Shown: positions 15,628 to 29,553, counted from the first letter of the stretch. The stretch is DNA of 64,000 bases from Eledone cirrhosa (GCA_964016885.1 OZ024748.1:38254001-38318000); one strand, 5' to 3'. Made by a program: numbers and translations. Notes: generated by a model not told the origin, from the sequence alone.

Positions 15628-16128
15628 GTTATTTTCTCATATTATATATCTATGTCCCATTCATGAATATTGATATTTATATTTTTATTATTCATTTCAT
15701 ATAAATTGTTAACTCAACTTAATATGACATGACGTAAAGTTGTCACTATCTCCCCCTCTCTCTATATAGTATTTTCTCTCTCTTGAGTTTTTCTTTCTGT
15801 ATGATGACTTATTATCTCTCTGTTGCTTTCCTTTGTTTTTCTTATTTCTTCCTTTTTTCTTTCTTTTTTATTTCCTCCTATCTATTTATCACTTTCTTTT
15901 CTACATACATTTCTCTCTCTCTCCGATATTTCTCCAGGTTTTATTTTTCTCTCTCTCCTTCTTTCTCTCTCCTTCTCTCTCTCCGTTTTTTCTTTCTCTC
16001 CATCTTTTTCTAATTGTGCTTAACACTATAACTAATATAAACACTTCACTATGCAGACAGCTTCCAAAAATAATGGTTGCATTTAATAGGGTACGTCAAA
16101 ATTATTTATAAAACTGTTTATATATTGT

Positions 16129-16191
16129 ATTTTGTCTGATGAAGGCATACCATATTTTAATTTGGTATCCCTGAAATATGTATAATGAAAT
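16129..16191 (+). ncRNA. Hammerhead ribozyme in PLE 3' UTR (inverted copy at 13218-13280)
   Basis: ATTTTGT CTGATGA AGGCATACCA...TGGTATCCCT GAAATATGTATA ATGAAAT. Confidence 0.75.
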
Positions 16192-16320
16192 AAATATGGT
16201 TTTATAAATATAGTTTCCATTTATTTAATATCGTATATCTACTCCAAAAACTTGTCGAGTGCTTTATATCAGTTATAAAATATTTACTTGTTGTATCCCA
16301 ACAATTTTAAATAGAACTTT

Positions 16321-16451
<131 letters not shown>

Positions 16452-16466
16452 GTATATATATATATG

Positions 16467-16511
<45 letters not shown>

Positions 16512-16576
16512 GTATATATATATGTATATATATATGTATATATATATATGTATATATATATGTATATATATATATG

Positions 16577-16629
<53 letters not shown>

Positions 16630-16644
16630 GTATATATATATATG

Positions 16645-16693
<49 letters not shown>

Positions 16694-16694
16694 G

Positions 16695-16743
<49 letters not shown>

Positions 16744-16750
16744 GTATATA

Positions 16751-16867
<117 letters not shown>

Positions 16868-17155
16868 AAAATTTCGCTCTACATGGCTAAATACAATAAA
16901 TGTAATCTGAGTTTTTCGAATATTAATAATAACATTCGATTCGTTTTCAATTATGCAAACAAGCCTCAATTTTATAGCCATGTCAGTAGAATGAACCCTT
17001 CGTTCTTGCTCTTATGTTGGCATTCGAACAGAACTGCAGACACTAATGTTTCTGCTAATATGCAAATCAGGAAACATTAAAGACGATCAGTCACTGTGTA
17101 TTTTTGAAAATAGTATATATTTTCACTAGCTCTGACAGTTTGGCAGGTGAACAGT

Positions 17156-17205
17156 GAGCTGTACTGATGAAGGGTGATACCCAGAAACATTAGTGTCTGC
17201 AGTTC
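17156..17205 (+). ncRNA. Minimal hammerhead ribozyme in fold-back module (arms about 16896-17054 / 17182-17340)
   Basis: GAGCTGTA CTGATGA A GGGT-GAT-ACCC A GAAACA-TTAG-TGTC TGCAGTTC; 8-bp stem I with two G-U pairs. Confidence 0.8.
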
Positions 17206-17357
17206 TGATTACATGCCAACACAAGAGCAACAATGATGGGTTTATTCTATTGAGATGGCTATAAAATTGAGACTTGTTTGCATAATTGCAAACGAATCGA
17301 ATGTTATTATTAATATTCGAAAAGCTCAGGTTACATTTATTATATATACTGTAAATA

Positions 17358-17472
<115 letters not shown>

Positions 17473-17619
17473 ATATATATGTTGTGTAGAGTGTCAGGGC
17501 CTAATGGCAAGAGCTCAATCGTCGGACCCCAACTCTCTAATATTTGTTTACACTCTACTATCCCAAGTATCGAGTACTCTGCTGAATAATGGTCTTACAA
17601 GTTTAACACTAGTTAAATC

Positions 17620-17737
<118 letters not shown>

Positions 17738-18000
17738 AAAGGTAAACAGAAATGACCACACAATCGTAAGGGGGCTGAGTAGAGGATTGGTAGCTGGGTA
17801 GCTGGGTAGAGGGTGGGTAGCTGGGTAGAGGGTGGGTAGCTGGGTAGAGGGTGGCTAACTGGAGTTTCTGTGTATTTGAAATAGATGATATTGTTTCTTT
17901 TCTTTTTGAAACCATGGGAGCCATTAGACTAAATTACTTTAGTCTGTCTGACATATAGGACCCTAAATAGAGTTTTTTGGCATAAGTTTAAACCGTTACC

Positions 18001-18215
18001 ATTTACATTACTCTATATATACTATTGTATTTTCACAGTAAAGGCTTTACCTCACATAATATCTCACATAACATTTACATTACTCTATATATACTATTGT
18101 ATTTTCACAGTAAAGGCTTTACCTCACATAATATCTCACATAACATTTACATTACTCTATATATACTATTGTATTTTCGAAGTAACGTCTTTACCTCAAA
18201 TAATATCTCGCATAA
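18001..18215. repeat. 72-bp tandem repeat (3 copies)
   Basis: ATTTACATTACTCTATATATACTATTG... at 18001, 18073 and 18145. Confidence 0.9.
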
Positions 18216-18459
18216 TATCGAATCTATGAGATTTTGATATTATTTATTTTGAGAACAATACCTTAACATAAGTATAAGTAGCAAGTTACAGCCGGTTTGA
18301 ACAAAAAGAGGTGAGATAATTCTGGCCAGATATGGCCAGTTTAAATGCTAAAGGGTTAATATGTAAAATTGCTTCTATGAGTGATATTTTATCTCTATAT
18401 TTTATCCATTCATTGAGTTGTCTAAATAGTAGAGACAAATAACTTTTTAATTATATATA

Positions 18460-18542
<83 letters not shown>

Positions 18543-18690
18543 AGTATATGTTGGTTGTTTACCGACACCTCAGTATGCAGATTGTAGCACTCGACGAAGT
18601 ACGCAGGTTGGTTTGTTTACTCCGGAGTAATGTAAAATAAATAAGTCAAACATGTAAAATTTGGCTTCGTTTATTATAAATTATAATTTT

Positions 18691-18743
18691 CTGCTATATA
18701 TATTTCGGTGACAACCATCATTGACTGTGACCTCTTCAGGCAG
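18691..18743 (-). ncRNA. Minimal hammerhead ribozyme
   Basis: Minus strand: CTGC CTGAAGA GGTCACAGTCA-ATGA-TGGTTGTCACC GAAATATATATA GCAG. Confidence 0.7.
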
Positions 18744-18828
18744 TCCGAATTGGTGTGGTAGAGACAGGTACACATGTTGTTGAAGTGTGTTCCACTCAAT
18801 ACATCGATATATCCAACATATATATATA

Positions 18829-18929
<101 letters not shown>

Positions 18930-18933
18930 ATAT

Positions 18934-18967
<34 letters not shown>

Positions 18968-19194
18968 CAGTTAGGGTGTGGTAAAAAAAAAAGCAGGTGG
19001 ACCATAACCCACCAGTGTACTCGATACTTGGTGTAGTTGCGTGGGTAATATGAAAAGATTCAGAACCCCATTGGCCGTTTCAACAGCTAGATCTGTTCGG
19101 ATCTAGCTGTTGAACTGGCCGGAGCCAGAGCTCAGCCGTCGGGGTCCTGAATCTGTTCATATATATATATATATATATATATTGTCTGTTACAG

Positions 19195-19485
19195 GTAAGA
19201 AAATGAATTTCAAAGTGAATGGAAAAGAAAACGGTCGGGAGCCGAACAGAATTCGTGAAGAACATGTTTCACCCGGAAACAGACATAATTTATACACGAA
19301 CCGGAAACTAACAGAAACTAGTAATCCAGAGACCGATGATAAATCTGAAGTCGTCTCAAAGAAACTGTACGTAGACCAGATGTCCGTCCGCTATAAAATA
19401 CACCAAAATCACACACTGAGGTTAAAAGGTTCGAAGAAGAAACGGAAAAAATTAAAACGTAAGAAGGCGAGGAAAAAATCTAAAG
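19195..19485 (+). CDS. Candidate second exon of the unknown gene (Lys/Arg-rich)
   Basis: Acceptor CTGTTACAG; non-repetitive open frame KKMNFKVNG...KKKRKKLKRKKARKKSK; phase-compatible with 11884-12010; donor position uncertain. Confidence 0.4.
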
Positions 19486-19690
19486 GTATTATTAGAAGTA
19501 TTTTATTTTATGATGTTACAGAAATCTAAAGGTAACAAACATACAGAAATATTTGGGGTCGATATATAAAGTAGTAGTCCAGTGCCGGGGTCTATATATA
19601 AAGTACTAGTCCAGTGGAGGGTTGATATTTTATATATATATTACATTCTCACTTCATCACACAAACGTTGTCACTCTCTCTCCTTCTCTA

Positions 19691-19741
<51 letters not shown>

Positions 19742-19895
19742 TTCTCTCCATCCCTCTCACAGGAAACAGCTATGTTCAGACATGAACAGGGATGGGCTCT
19801 GCTACTTCGAAAATGCTCCTACGATTCCATCAGGTGTTACAAGACCATTCATACATACATACATACATACATACATACATACATACATACATACA

Positions 19896-19929
<34 letters not shown>

Positions 19930-19988
19930 CATACATACATACCTACACACATACATAGATACATATATATTTTCACATATATATATAT

Positions 19989-20045
<57 letters not shown>

Positions 20046-20218
20046 GAAAAATTGAACAGGGACAGAACAGAGAGGCAGTACGATAAATGTTTATTAAGTT
20101 CACGCTCAGGAGAGTGGGGGGTATATATATATGTAGGAGGTGAGTTTTATTGTAGTACAATAAAGCAATGCAGATATCGGATAAGAAGCACTCTACAGTT
20201 TGTAGGACTGGAGTATAC

Positions 20219-21528
20219 ATAATATATAAGATCAAAAGATGGTTAAAGGAGTTCCATGTATTTTATTATGCGCATTTCAAAAACAAACATCATCATGCAA
20301 TAATATTTGTGTTTTCATCAGATAAAACAGGAGGACATGATATGAAGGCTAAAAAACACTTGTGGATAGTGCAGTTTTAAATCAACATATGAGAAGTAGT
20401 TTTAGATTGATGTGTGATATTGGGAAAAATATTTTATTTAGAGAGGGGGGTGGAAAGGATGAAAAAAAGGGGAGGAGATGAGAGTGAAGGTGGAGAGGGA
20501 GAGATGGGTGATAGAGAGAAAGAGATAGTTTTTATAACTGAGAAAGATATATTGTTTTACATAGAGAGGTTGAAAACCGTTGGAAGATAATGTATAAATT
20601 AAAAGAATTTGAAAATTCTTTATCAATTTAGAATCTTTTCTCAAAGGCACATATACATACACCTCTTTTAAAATATACCCATCTTCCTACCTTATTTCAA
20701 AGGGTATTATACACTCTATAATACTTGTTTACTCATTACCCTTACTCTATTTTCACCTTGTAAAATCCTTCGTAACATATACATTTGTTTTGACGCCAGA
20801 TTATTCATCCTTAACTCATTATTTTTTTCTCCCCATCATCTAACTCATTCTTAATACATATTAACTCTTTCTTCGCACATATTATCAATTCCTTCAATAT
20901 ACAAACCTTAACTTCACATTATTTTTCTCAAATCCTTCAATACACAAACCTTAATAATTTTTTTTTCTCTTCGTTAATTTTCAAATTTCCATAATACTTG
21001 TAAACACACACACTTTTTGACGTTAGAATATTCATCCGCAATTCATTATTCTATTCTCTCTATAATCAAACTTTTTAATCTCAATACATATTAACTCCCT
21101 CTCCTTCTTCGTACATATTTTTCCCTTCGTTAATTTTCAAATTCTTTTAATTTATACATTATCTTCCAACGGTTTTCAACCTCTCTATGTAAAACAATAT
21201 ATCTTTCTCAGTTATAAAAACTATCTCTTTCTCTCTATCACCCATCTCTCCCTCTCCACCTTCACTCTCATCTCCTCCCCTTTTTTTCATCCTTTCCACC
21301 CCCCTCTCTAAATAAAATATTTTTCCCAATATCACACATCAATCTAAAACTACTTCTCATATGTTGATTTAAAACTGCACTATCCACAAGTGTTTTTTAG
21401 CCTTCATATCATGTCCTCCTGTTTTATCTGATGAAAACACAAATATTATTGCATGATGATGTTTGTTTTTGAAATGCGCATAATAAAATACATGGAACTC
21501 CTTTAACCATCTTTTGATCTTATATATT
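20219..21528. mobile_element. Non-coding fold-back module (arms about 20219-20617 / 21134-21528) with a hammerhead in each arm
   Basis: ~400-bp inverted repeat. HHR TTTTAT CTGATGA...GAAATGCGCATA ATAAAA at 21421-21489 (+) and 20260-20328 (-). Confidence 0.8.
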
Positions 21529-21774
21529 ATATATATATATATATACATACAATCACATACACATATATCAATGTTCCACATAAGACCACTGGTTTATAAT
21601 TTTACTCTCCAGACTCTTCCCTCACAGATGACGCCATTTTGTTCTCTCTCCCTAGAAATACAAGACATTATTACCAGGAAGTGCATTAAAAAATGTGTGA
21701 CAAACCATCAGATGGGATTCCTGTAAGTAACATTGTTTTTATTTACTGCGGCTTTAGTTTCAGATGAATTACAG

Positions 21775-23007
21775 CAGGCATGTCAAACTGAGGGTCCCCC
21801 GGGGGTCGCATGGGTCACATATGTGCTGTCTGAGGGTCACATGGGTCACATATATGTTGTCTGACGGCCACATGGGTCACATATGTGTTGTCTGAGGGCC
21901 ACATGGGTCACATATGTGTTGCCTGAGGGTCACATGGGTCACATATCTGTTGTCTGACGGCCACATGGGTCATATATGTGTTGTCTGACGGCCACATGGG
22001 TCACATATGTGTTGCCTGAGGGTCACATGGGTCACATATCTGTTGTCTGACGGCCACATGGGTCATATATGTGTTGTCTGACGGCCACATGGGTCATATA
22101 TGTGTTGTCTGAGGGCCACATGGGTCACATATCTGTTGTTTGAGGGCCACATGGGTCACATATCTGTTGTCTGACGGCCACATGGGTCACATATGTGTTG
22201 TCTGACGGCCACATGGGTCACATATCTGTTGTTTGAGGGCCACATGGGTCATATATGTGTTGCCTGACGGCCACATGGGTCACATATGTGTTGTCTGACG
22301 GCCACATGGGTCACATATCTGTTGTTTGAGGGCCACATGGGTCATATATGTGTTGTCTGAGGGTCACATGGGTCACATATGTGTTGTCTGACGGCCACAT
22401 GGGTCACATATCTGTTGTTTGAGGGCCACATGGGTCATATATGTGTTGTCTGAGGGTCACATGGGTCACATATGTGTTGTCTGACGGCCACATGGGTCAC
22501 ATATCTGTTGTTTGAGGGCCACATGGGTCATATATGTGTTGTCTGAGGGTCACATGGGTCACATATGTGTTGTCTGACGGCCACATGGGTCATATATGTG
22601 TTGTCTGACGGCCACATGGGTCACATATATGTTGTCTGAGGGTCACATGGGTCACATAAGTGTTGTCTGAGAGTCACATATTTCACATATGTTTTGTCTG
22701 AGGCCCACATGGGTCACATATGTTTTGTCTGAGGCCCACATGGGTCACATATGTTTTGTCTGAGGCCCACATGGGTCATATATGTGTTGTCTGAGGGCCA
22801 CAGATGACAACTAATTGCGTACGTTATAACTAATATGTCTTTTGTTCTATATTACGCTCGCTCTGTAAAAAGCTTTGTGTGGACTGCAGGTTGCTTGTAA
22901 AGGGCCGCATATAGCCCGCGGGCTGCAGGTGTGCTTGTAAATAGCCGCATGTGTGCTTGTAAAGGGCCGCAGGTTGCTTGTAAAGGGCCGCATGTTTGAC
23001 ATGTCTG
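21775..23007. mobile_element. hAT-type MITE expanded by an internal 31-bp satellite
   Basis: TIRs CAGGCATGTCAAAC / GTTTGACATGTCTG; 8-bp TSD AATTACAG / TATTACAG. Confidence 0.8.
21805..22800. repeat. 31-bp satellite (about 32 copies)
   Basis: Unit GGGTCACATATGTGTTGTCTGASGGCCACAT. Confidence 0.97.
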
Positions 23008-23053
23008 TATTACAGTCTTTAGAAATATCAGTGGTTTTAGTGTACACTGTGTT

Positions 23054-23617
23054 AACCTGTCTCATGGTCGGGTCGTTGGCGACTAAACTGGCAACCCCAC
23101 CAAGGTTTCTTGGTGAGGAGGGTGACTTTGGACATCCTGCAGGACTAAAAACAAAACCTGTCAAAAGGGCAAAGGAGCTCTTAAGAGTCAATGGCCATCC
23201 AAAATCACCGGGAGAGATGACCCCTTAGCCTTTGTCAAGGCAGAATTCTAGGAGAAGGAAAACTCTGATATAACACCTGCAACCCTGATGGTATCCAATG
23301 ATGTTGACTTGTTCTTCTTTTTGGTAAATATCATCTTGGTTAAGAGAGTGGGACTGGCTTTGTGCAGTGCCTTTGCTTACTATAAAAGCTTCACAGCACA
23401 GGCATTGCTTTATATCTGGAGATCTCTCTGCACTTGTCATCACATGGTACCATGGGCCCAGCATTATGTGTCAATAATTGTCAAAAGTGTAGTGTTTGTA
23501 CCAGAGCTTTCAAGTCGCTGGCTGGACTAAAAAGTCACACTTGTTCAGCGTATCGGTAGGGGTTCTCCTACTGGATATAAAGTAGTGGCCGTACTCGAAA
23601 ACGAGTTGGCAGCCACC
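23054..23617 (+). mobile_element. ~0.5-kb non-coding retroposon-like element (family B), copy 1, with (ATGT)n tail
   Basis: Near-identical to 27833-28347 and related to 28388-28893; ends GCAGCCACC(ATGT)n. Confidence 0.75.
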
Positions 23618-23645
23618 ATGTATGTATGTATGTATGCATGTATGT

Positions 23646-26600
23646 TCTTCTGGTTTTATAATTTCACAAAGTTTTACCAATAGAGAGAGAGTCGTTTTCT
23701 AACATAGACACAAGACTCTCTCATTGGAATTTACACAACTTCAACTAGGTAGATATGTATGTATGCATGCATGTGTAGATATGGATGTTATTGTATGTGT
23801 GGATGTGTATGTTTTGAGTTGTATGTCTGCATGTGTATATGCTTTGTATCTGTACATGTGTATATGCAGTTATTAGATGCAAAATTTTTGGAATGTTTTA
23901 CATATTTTTACTGTTCCATTAATGGATTGTACTTGTAATTTCCTAACTAGTTGTGTTCTTTCTGTTCCCGCGCAGCCTAGCTTCTCAAGATTGGTATTGT
24001 GGCAGTTACTAACATATCCCAGTGCCCCAATAATCACAGGCATAAATCTGAAGGTGTAATCAGGGTGGAGTATCTGCAGATTTCTCATCAGTTCTGCATA
24101 AATATTCTCCTTTTCGCTAATCTTTGATATTATATTGGCATCTGCTGGACAGCTAATTTCCACTACTGTGCATGCTTTCTTCTCCCTGTCCCATATCATA
24201 ATATCTGGTCTGTTATGCCTGCATTTTATTGGGTTTTTTACTGGAACATTCCACCAGTACTCTTTCATATTATGTACGTGGATGTCTCCCACATTGCTGT
24301 AGATTTTAATGTGTTTATTATCGGGGATATATATTTTTACGGACTGCATTGTACAGTGCTTTGGCCACTACATCATGCCTCATAGGTAGATAGTACCGCG
24401 ATGACATCTTTGGACAGCTGCTGATGACATGGGTGATATCCTCGATGTTAGTTCTGCAGAACTGCACTTGTTATCACATCTAGGTGTTTTGCCTGCATCC
24501 CTATCTCTTTTGTGAATCAGGTATTTCGTGCTAATTTCCTGTTCTTGGATTGTAAAAGCGTATCCTTCAAAGTGGGAGCCAATATAGCGGTTGTTGGTTC
24601 AAGATAGACTACTTTCCTTATCTATATTACTCGCACTCTGGAGCTTCCTGGCAACATATCCATGCATGATTTTTTGCTGATAAGCATGCAGTTTTTCATC
24701 CATGGATTCACTGCGATACTGCTGAGCGACTTCCCTGGATGTGAGTTTTTGATTATCACACAGGGAATATCTCTCGAGAAGTTCCTTCCCAACTCTCATT
24801 ATCTTATCTGTTTCATGCAGATAGACTTGTTCGAGAGACAGGATCCTACGCTTCGAGGTTCGTAGATGTTGTCGGAGAGATATGATGCGACATTCAAATG
24901 TTGTCTGGACTGATGTTAGGCCTCTGCCTCCCTGCTTACGTTTCAAGTAAAGGCGGTCTATGTCACTGTTGATGTGGAAGTTTCCGGTGTTGTTTAGTAT
25001 TTTTCGAGTTCCAACATCAACTGTTCGGATTTCGTCTATCGTCCAATTGAGTATTGCAAACGTTGGTGTTAGGACAGGCACAGCAAACATATTGTGAGTC
25101 ACTGTTTTGTTTTGCGCAGAGAATTTCGATGACCAAATCTTTCTTAATCGGGTGTAGTATTCCCTGGTTACGCGTTCCTTATTACAGATACCATTATAGG
25201 ATATGTTCTCGTCTATCCCCAGGTATCTGTAGCAGTCTTCATCAGATATCGGTGAAACAGTTAGACCATTGATGACAATGTTGTTAGATTGGATTGTTGT
25301 TTTTCCCCGCTTTACAGTCATGTATGAGCATTTATCTTGGCCAAACTCCATTCCTACATCCTTTGAGAACGTTGTAACCAGGTCAAGATTTTTCTTCATC
25401 CCATCCATGTTCTTGGCATAGAGTTTCAGATCGTCCACAAAGAAGTTATGGGTTAGGTTAGTATTTCTGTCCTCCTGTGAGCCAATGATGTATCCCTCAC
25501 ATTTGTTGAGTAGAAAGGACAAAGGGTTTAATGACAAGATGGATAATATCACAGAGAGACTGTCTCCCTGAAATATACCCCTGCGATATTTTATTTTATC
25601 AGTGAAAATAGAGTCCTCCATCTCTGTCTTTAACCTTTGAATAGAAGCCCAAGAAGAAGACAGCTTCTCTATGGCTCTGACAATAATGTCTGGAACTTTA
25701 GCAAGTTGGAGGGCCTCTATCATCCAAGAGTGGGGAACAGAATCGAAAGCTTTCCTGTAGTCCAGCCAGACTGTAGCCATATTCCTCCTAAGTTGTCCCA
25801 CCTCCGACATCGCAGTTTTGTTGATTAGGAGTTGTTCAGCACATCCCCAAACCCCTTTATTTCCAGCTGCTTGTTCATCTGTGATGATGTTATTATTTTC
25901 ACAGTGATCTTGGAGGAATAGGTTCAGGCAGTCTGCATACATCTTATACATCAGGTTCTGGCATGCAATGGGTCGGTAGTTTTTTTGCAAGTGGGTGTCT
26001 TTGTTCTTGGGGACCAGTAATGTTTGTGCTAATGTCAACCATTCTGGTATAAGTGTATCTCCCTTAAGAACTTGTTGGTAGAGGTCAGTAAGATACCTCC
26101 GATAGAATATCAGTTTTTTGTACCAGTAGCCGACAATCATGTCTCTTCCTGGTGTTTTCTTATCTTGGAGTTTTCCTATCACAGTCTCAAGGGTACCCTC
26201 ACTTATTTCGTATGTTTTTGTTATAGTGTAGGAGCAATAGTTCTTTCGGATTTCTCTTAGCCACACTGCATCTTGGTTGAAATTTCTTTTCACCCCATAT
26301 TTTTCTCCAAAAGGAATCTATGTCTTTCTGGGATGGGGCCTCAGTGACACTTATTATTTTGTTCTTCATATCTCTATAGACTGACGTTTGGTTTCGTCTG
26401 AATCTTTTATTAAGCACTTTTCTCTCATCTACCTTCTTCAGGTATCGGCGTTTTTCGCTAACAGCTCTCAATTCTTGTTTGAGGGTGATCAGCTTATATT
26501 GAAGAGTTCTGGTTTTACTGTTACCAAACGTTGTCTCTATTTTATTTTTCACTCTTTGTTGGTGAGGAGTGAGGGTTTTTTGTGTTTGTTTGTATGTAAG

Positions 26601-27781
26601 GAGAATTGTCTCATATACTATGGTTTTCCGTAGGTCAGCAATCTTTTTTTCTATTTTAGTTATATATTATGGTATTTTTGGTGGTGTTTTGTTCTTGTTA
26701 ATATCTCTGCTATCACCAAGATAATGCTTCACTGTCGTTGCTAAGGCATATAAACAGGCGTTGATTTGCCAAAATGTTTGGGTTTTTGTCCGTCGTAAAT
26801 ATTCATCCCCTATTTTCGTCAATAACACGTAATATTTCATTATTTGGTTGTTTTTTTTAAATTAAACATTGTCGTTTTAATACGTTCAGCAAGAGAGATA
26901 TTTATACATGAATTAATTTCTCTCTGGAAGATTTCGTTGAGGGAAATTTTCAATTGTTTATACTTTTGATTATTATCATTATCGATAGTATTTTCCACAA
27001 CAGTCAAGGTAGACTCGGATGGTACACGTGGTGTCAAATTTCTTCGATTATTATTATTATTTCTTCGATTATTATTATTATCGATAGTGTTTTCCCCAGC
27101 ATTCGAGGTAGACTTAGATGGTACAGGTGATGTCAAGTTTCTTACAGACATAGTTGTTTCAAGGCACTGTTCGACCTGGCTGCTAGGAAGTCTAGTAGCA
27201 TGGTGACCTGTAGCACGTGTTGTTGATTCCATGTTTGTTGTGAGGGACCTACAATTAATAATATTTATCTTATTTTTACGTTCAACAAACGTCGCTTGTT
27301 AGTGTAATTGTTTCGCTGCGAAATAATTTAGCTCTGGGTGCATTTCGTCCCAGTATAGCTTCATTCTATTCATATAGCCAATGGAGGGATTGTTTTTTGC
27401 CATATTATAACAATTAAATAAAACATTATTAAATTCGCAACTCCAAGATAAATGCGATTTATAATTTCGTTTTTTTTCTGTAGCTACAACTGAATAAAGT
27501 TTGTTTACCTTTCTTGTTGTTTGTCTTCGATACTTCCTTAATTTTGTTGTTGATGTTGTGTTCAGTCATGCTGTTTGTAGCAAATACTTGTAAAATGAAT
27601 TATGTATTTAGTCGGATATCTCTACGAATTCGAATAAAAGGTGTCTTCAGAAAATATAGTTAGAAGAATAACCAGTTATTCAACATGACTGTAGTTGTGG
27701 TATTACTGTCGGAGATAGTATTCATCTTAAATTTAATAAATAGTCTCCCACGCCAAAATATGCGACTGATCGCGTTGACTG
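23646..27781 (-). mobile_element. R4/Dong-clade non-LTR retrotransposon (RT + CCHC + restriction-like endonuclease), decayed
   Basis: ORF pieces 27232-26840, 26552-26199, 26293-24599 and 24349-23873. RT motifs KTPGRD, NYRPIAC, WLDYRKAFDSVPH, GIFQGDSLS, FFVDDLKLY, YRYLGI, RLYLKRKQGGRGL; REL motif RPDIMIWD...VEISCP; zinc-knuckle remnant EDITHVISSCP near 24410-24450. Flanked by (TACA)n. Confidence 0.92.
24599..26293 (-). pseudogene. Non-LTR reverse transcriptase (R4/Dong type)
   Basis: Complete RT motif set; frameshifted from the upstream piece and interrupted by a stop before the endonuclease. Confidence 0.92.
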
Positions 27782-27813
<32 letters not shown>

Positions 27814-27832
27814 TGTATGTATGTATGTATGT

Positions 27833-28347
27833 AGGTTTCTTGGTGAGGAGGGTGACTTTGGACATCCTGCAGGACTAAAAACAAAACCTGTCAAAGGGCA
27901 AAGAAGCTCTTAAGAGTCAATGGCCATCCAAAATCACCGGGAGAGATGACCCCTTAGCCTTTGTCAAGGCAGAATTCTAGGAGAAGGAAAACTCTGATAT
28001 AACACCTGCAACCCTGATGGTATCCAATGATGTTGACTTGTTCTTCTTTTTGGTAAATATCATCTTGGTTAAGAGAGTGGGACTGGCTTTGTGCAGTGCC
28101 TTTGCTCACTATAAAAGCTTCACGGCACAGGCATTGCTTTATATCTGGAGATCTCTCTGCACTTGTCGTCACATGGTACCATGGGCCCAGCACTATGTGT
28201 CAGTAATTGTCACAAGTGTAGTGTTTGTACCAGAGTTTTCAAGTCGCTGGCTGGACTAAAAAGTCACACTCGTTCAGCGCATCGGTAGAGGTTCTCCTAC
28301 ATGGATATAAAGTAGTGGCCGTACTCGAAAACGAGTTGGCAGCCACC
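27833..28347 (+). mobile_element. Family B element, copy 2
   Basis: Direct repeat of 23103-23617, between (ATGT)n tracts. Confidence 0.8.
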
Positions 28348-28387
28348 ATGTATGTATGTATGTATGTATGTATGTATGTATGTATGT

Positions 28388-28893
28388 CGGGTCACTCTTG
28401 AGTGCTACTGGTAAGATGTAACCCAGTACAACCTGTCGCATGGTCAGGTCGTCGGCGACTAAACCGACAACCCCACCAAGCTTACATGGTGAGGAGGGTG
28501 ATTTTGGACACCCTGCAGGACAAAAAACAAAACCTGATAAAGGGTGGAAGAACTCATAATAGTCAACGGCCATCCAAAAAGTGTGTAAATTTGTATATAT
28601 ACATGTACATATGTATGTATATGCGCGGGGACATAGAAATAGCCGGGCTGGACACCCAATCGCGCGGTAAAAGCACTGGGAGTGAAGGACTCCAAGCCTT
28701 TGTCAGTGCTTTCTTCTAGGAGAAGACAACTCAGGAAACAGGGATAACTCCGATATAAAACCTGCAGCTCAGTAGTTACCGATGATATTGATCTTTTCTT
28801 CTTTTCGGGTTATAGCTACTGTCGCTCAGAGAGTGAGATTAGCTCAGTGCACAGTCTTTGCTCGCTTTCAAAAATATCGCACAGGCATTGCAC
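28388..28893 (+). mobile_element. Family B related element, copy 3 (diverged, with the longest 5' end)
   Basis: Shares ACCTGTC..ATGGTC.GGTCGT.GGCGACTAAAC, GGTGAGGAGGGTGA, CCTGCAGGAC and GCACAGGCATTGC with copies 1 and 2. Confidence 0.65.
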
Positions 28894-29553
28894 AATAGAA
28901 TGAATTAATAATTATTAATAATGGTATATTGTTGTCACATGCTGAACTTTTCAAGTCTTGCGTATTTCTACTGTTCTGTTTACAGAGAAATTTAAAATCT
29001 GTAGAAGTCAATGTCAACTGTTCACAGCTTAAATAGCCACAGCAAACGAAGTCTGTTGATTATATGTAAACATTTTACATACACAATTACATATATGTTC
29101 ACATATAAGTTCACATATAAGTTTAAATATAAGTTCATATATAGGTTCATATAAAGGTTGACATATAGGTTCAAATATAAGTTCATGTATAGGTCCATAT
29201 ATGTTTATATTTTGTAAACTGATTTGTAGTTACAATTTAGTTTTTGTTCTATTTCTGTCTGCAGATCAAAGAAGAGGATGACTGGTTCAAGCCTGGAAGA
29301 GACAGAACAAAGAAAAGAAGAAAACGTAAGAAAGATTGAAGCTAAACATGATTTGAAAGGAATGAGACAAAGAGAGGAGATGATATCTGTGGGGGAACGT
29401 CACAGGAGTAGATTTATGTAGTAATAGTATAGGAGGAGGAGGAAAGGGAGGTGAGTAGAAACACTGAGAAGTTGTAGAGAGGGGGAGACGTAGAATGTGA
29501 GAGACTGGGTAAGAGGGTAATGTTTAAACAGAAACGAATAAGGCAAAGAAGAA

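Noticed and set aside
23103-28347. LTR retrotransposon (direct repeats around an RT)
   Set aside because: The RT is non-LTR type with a REL endonuclease; no gag, protease or integrase; the repeats lack TG..CA ends and are separated from the RT by microsatellite.
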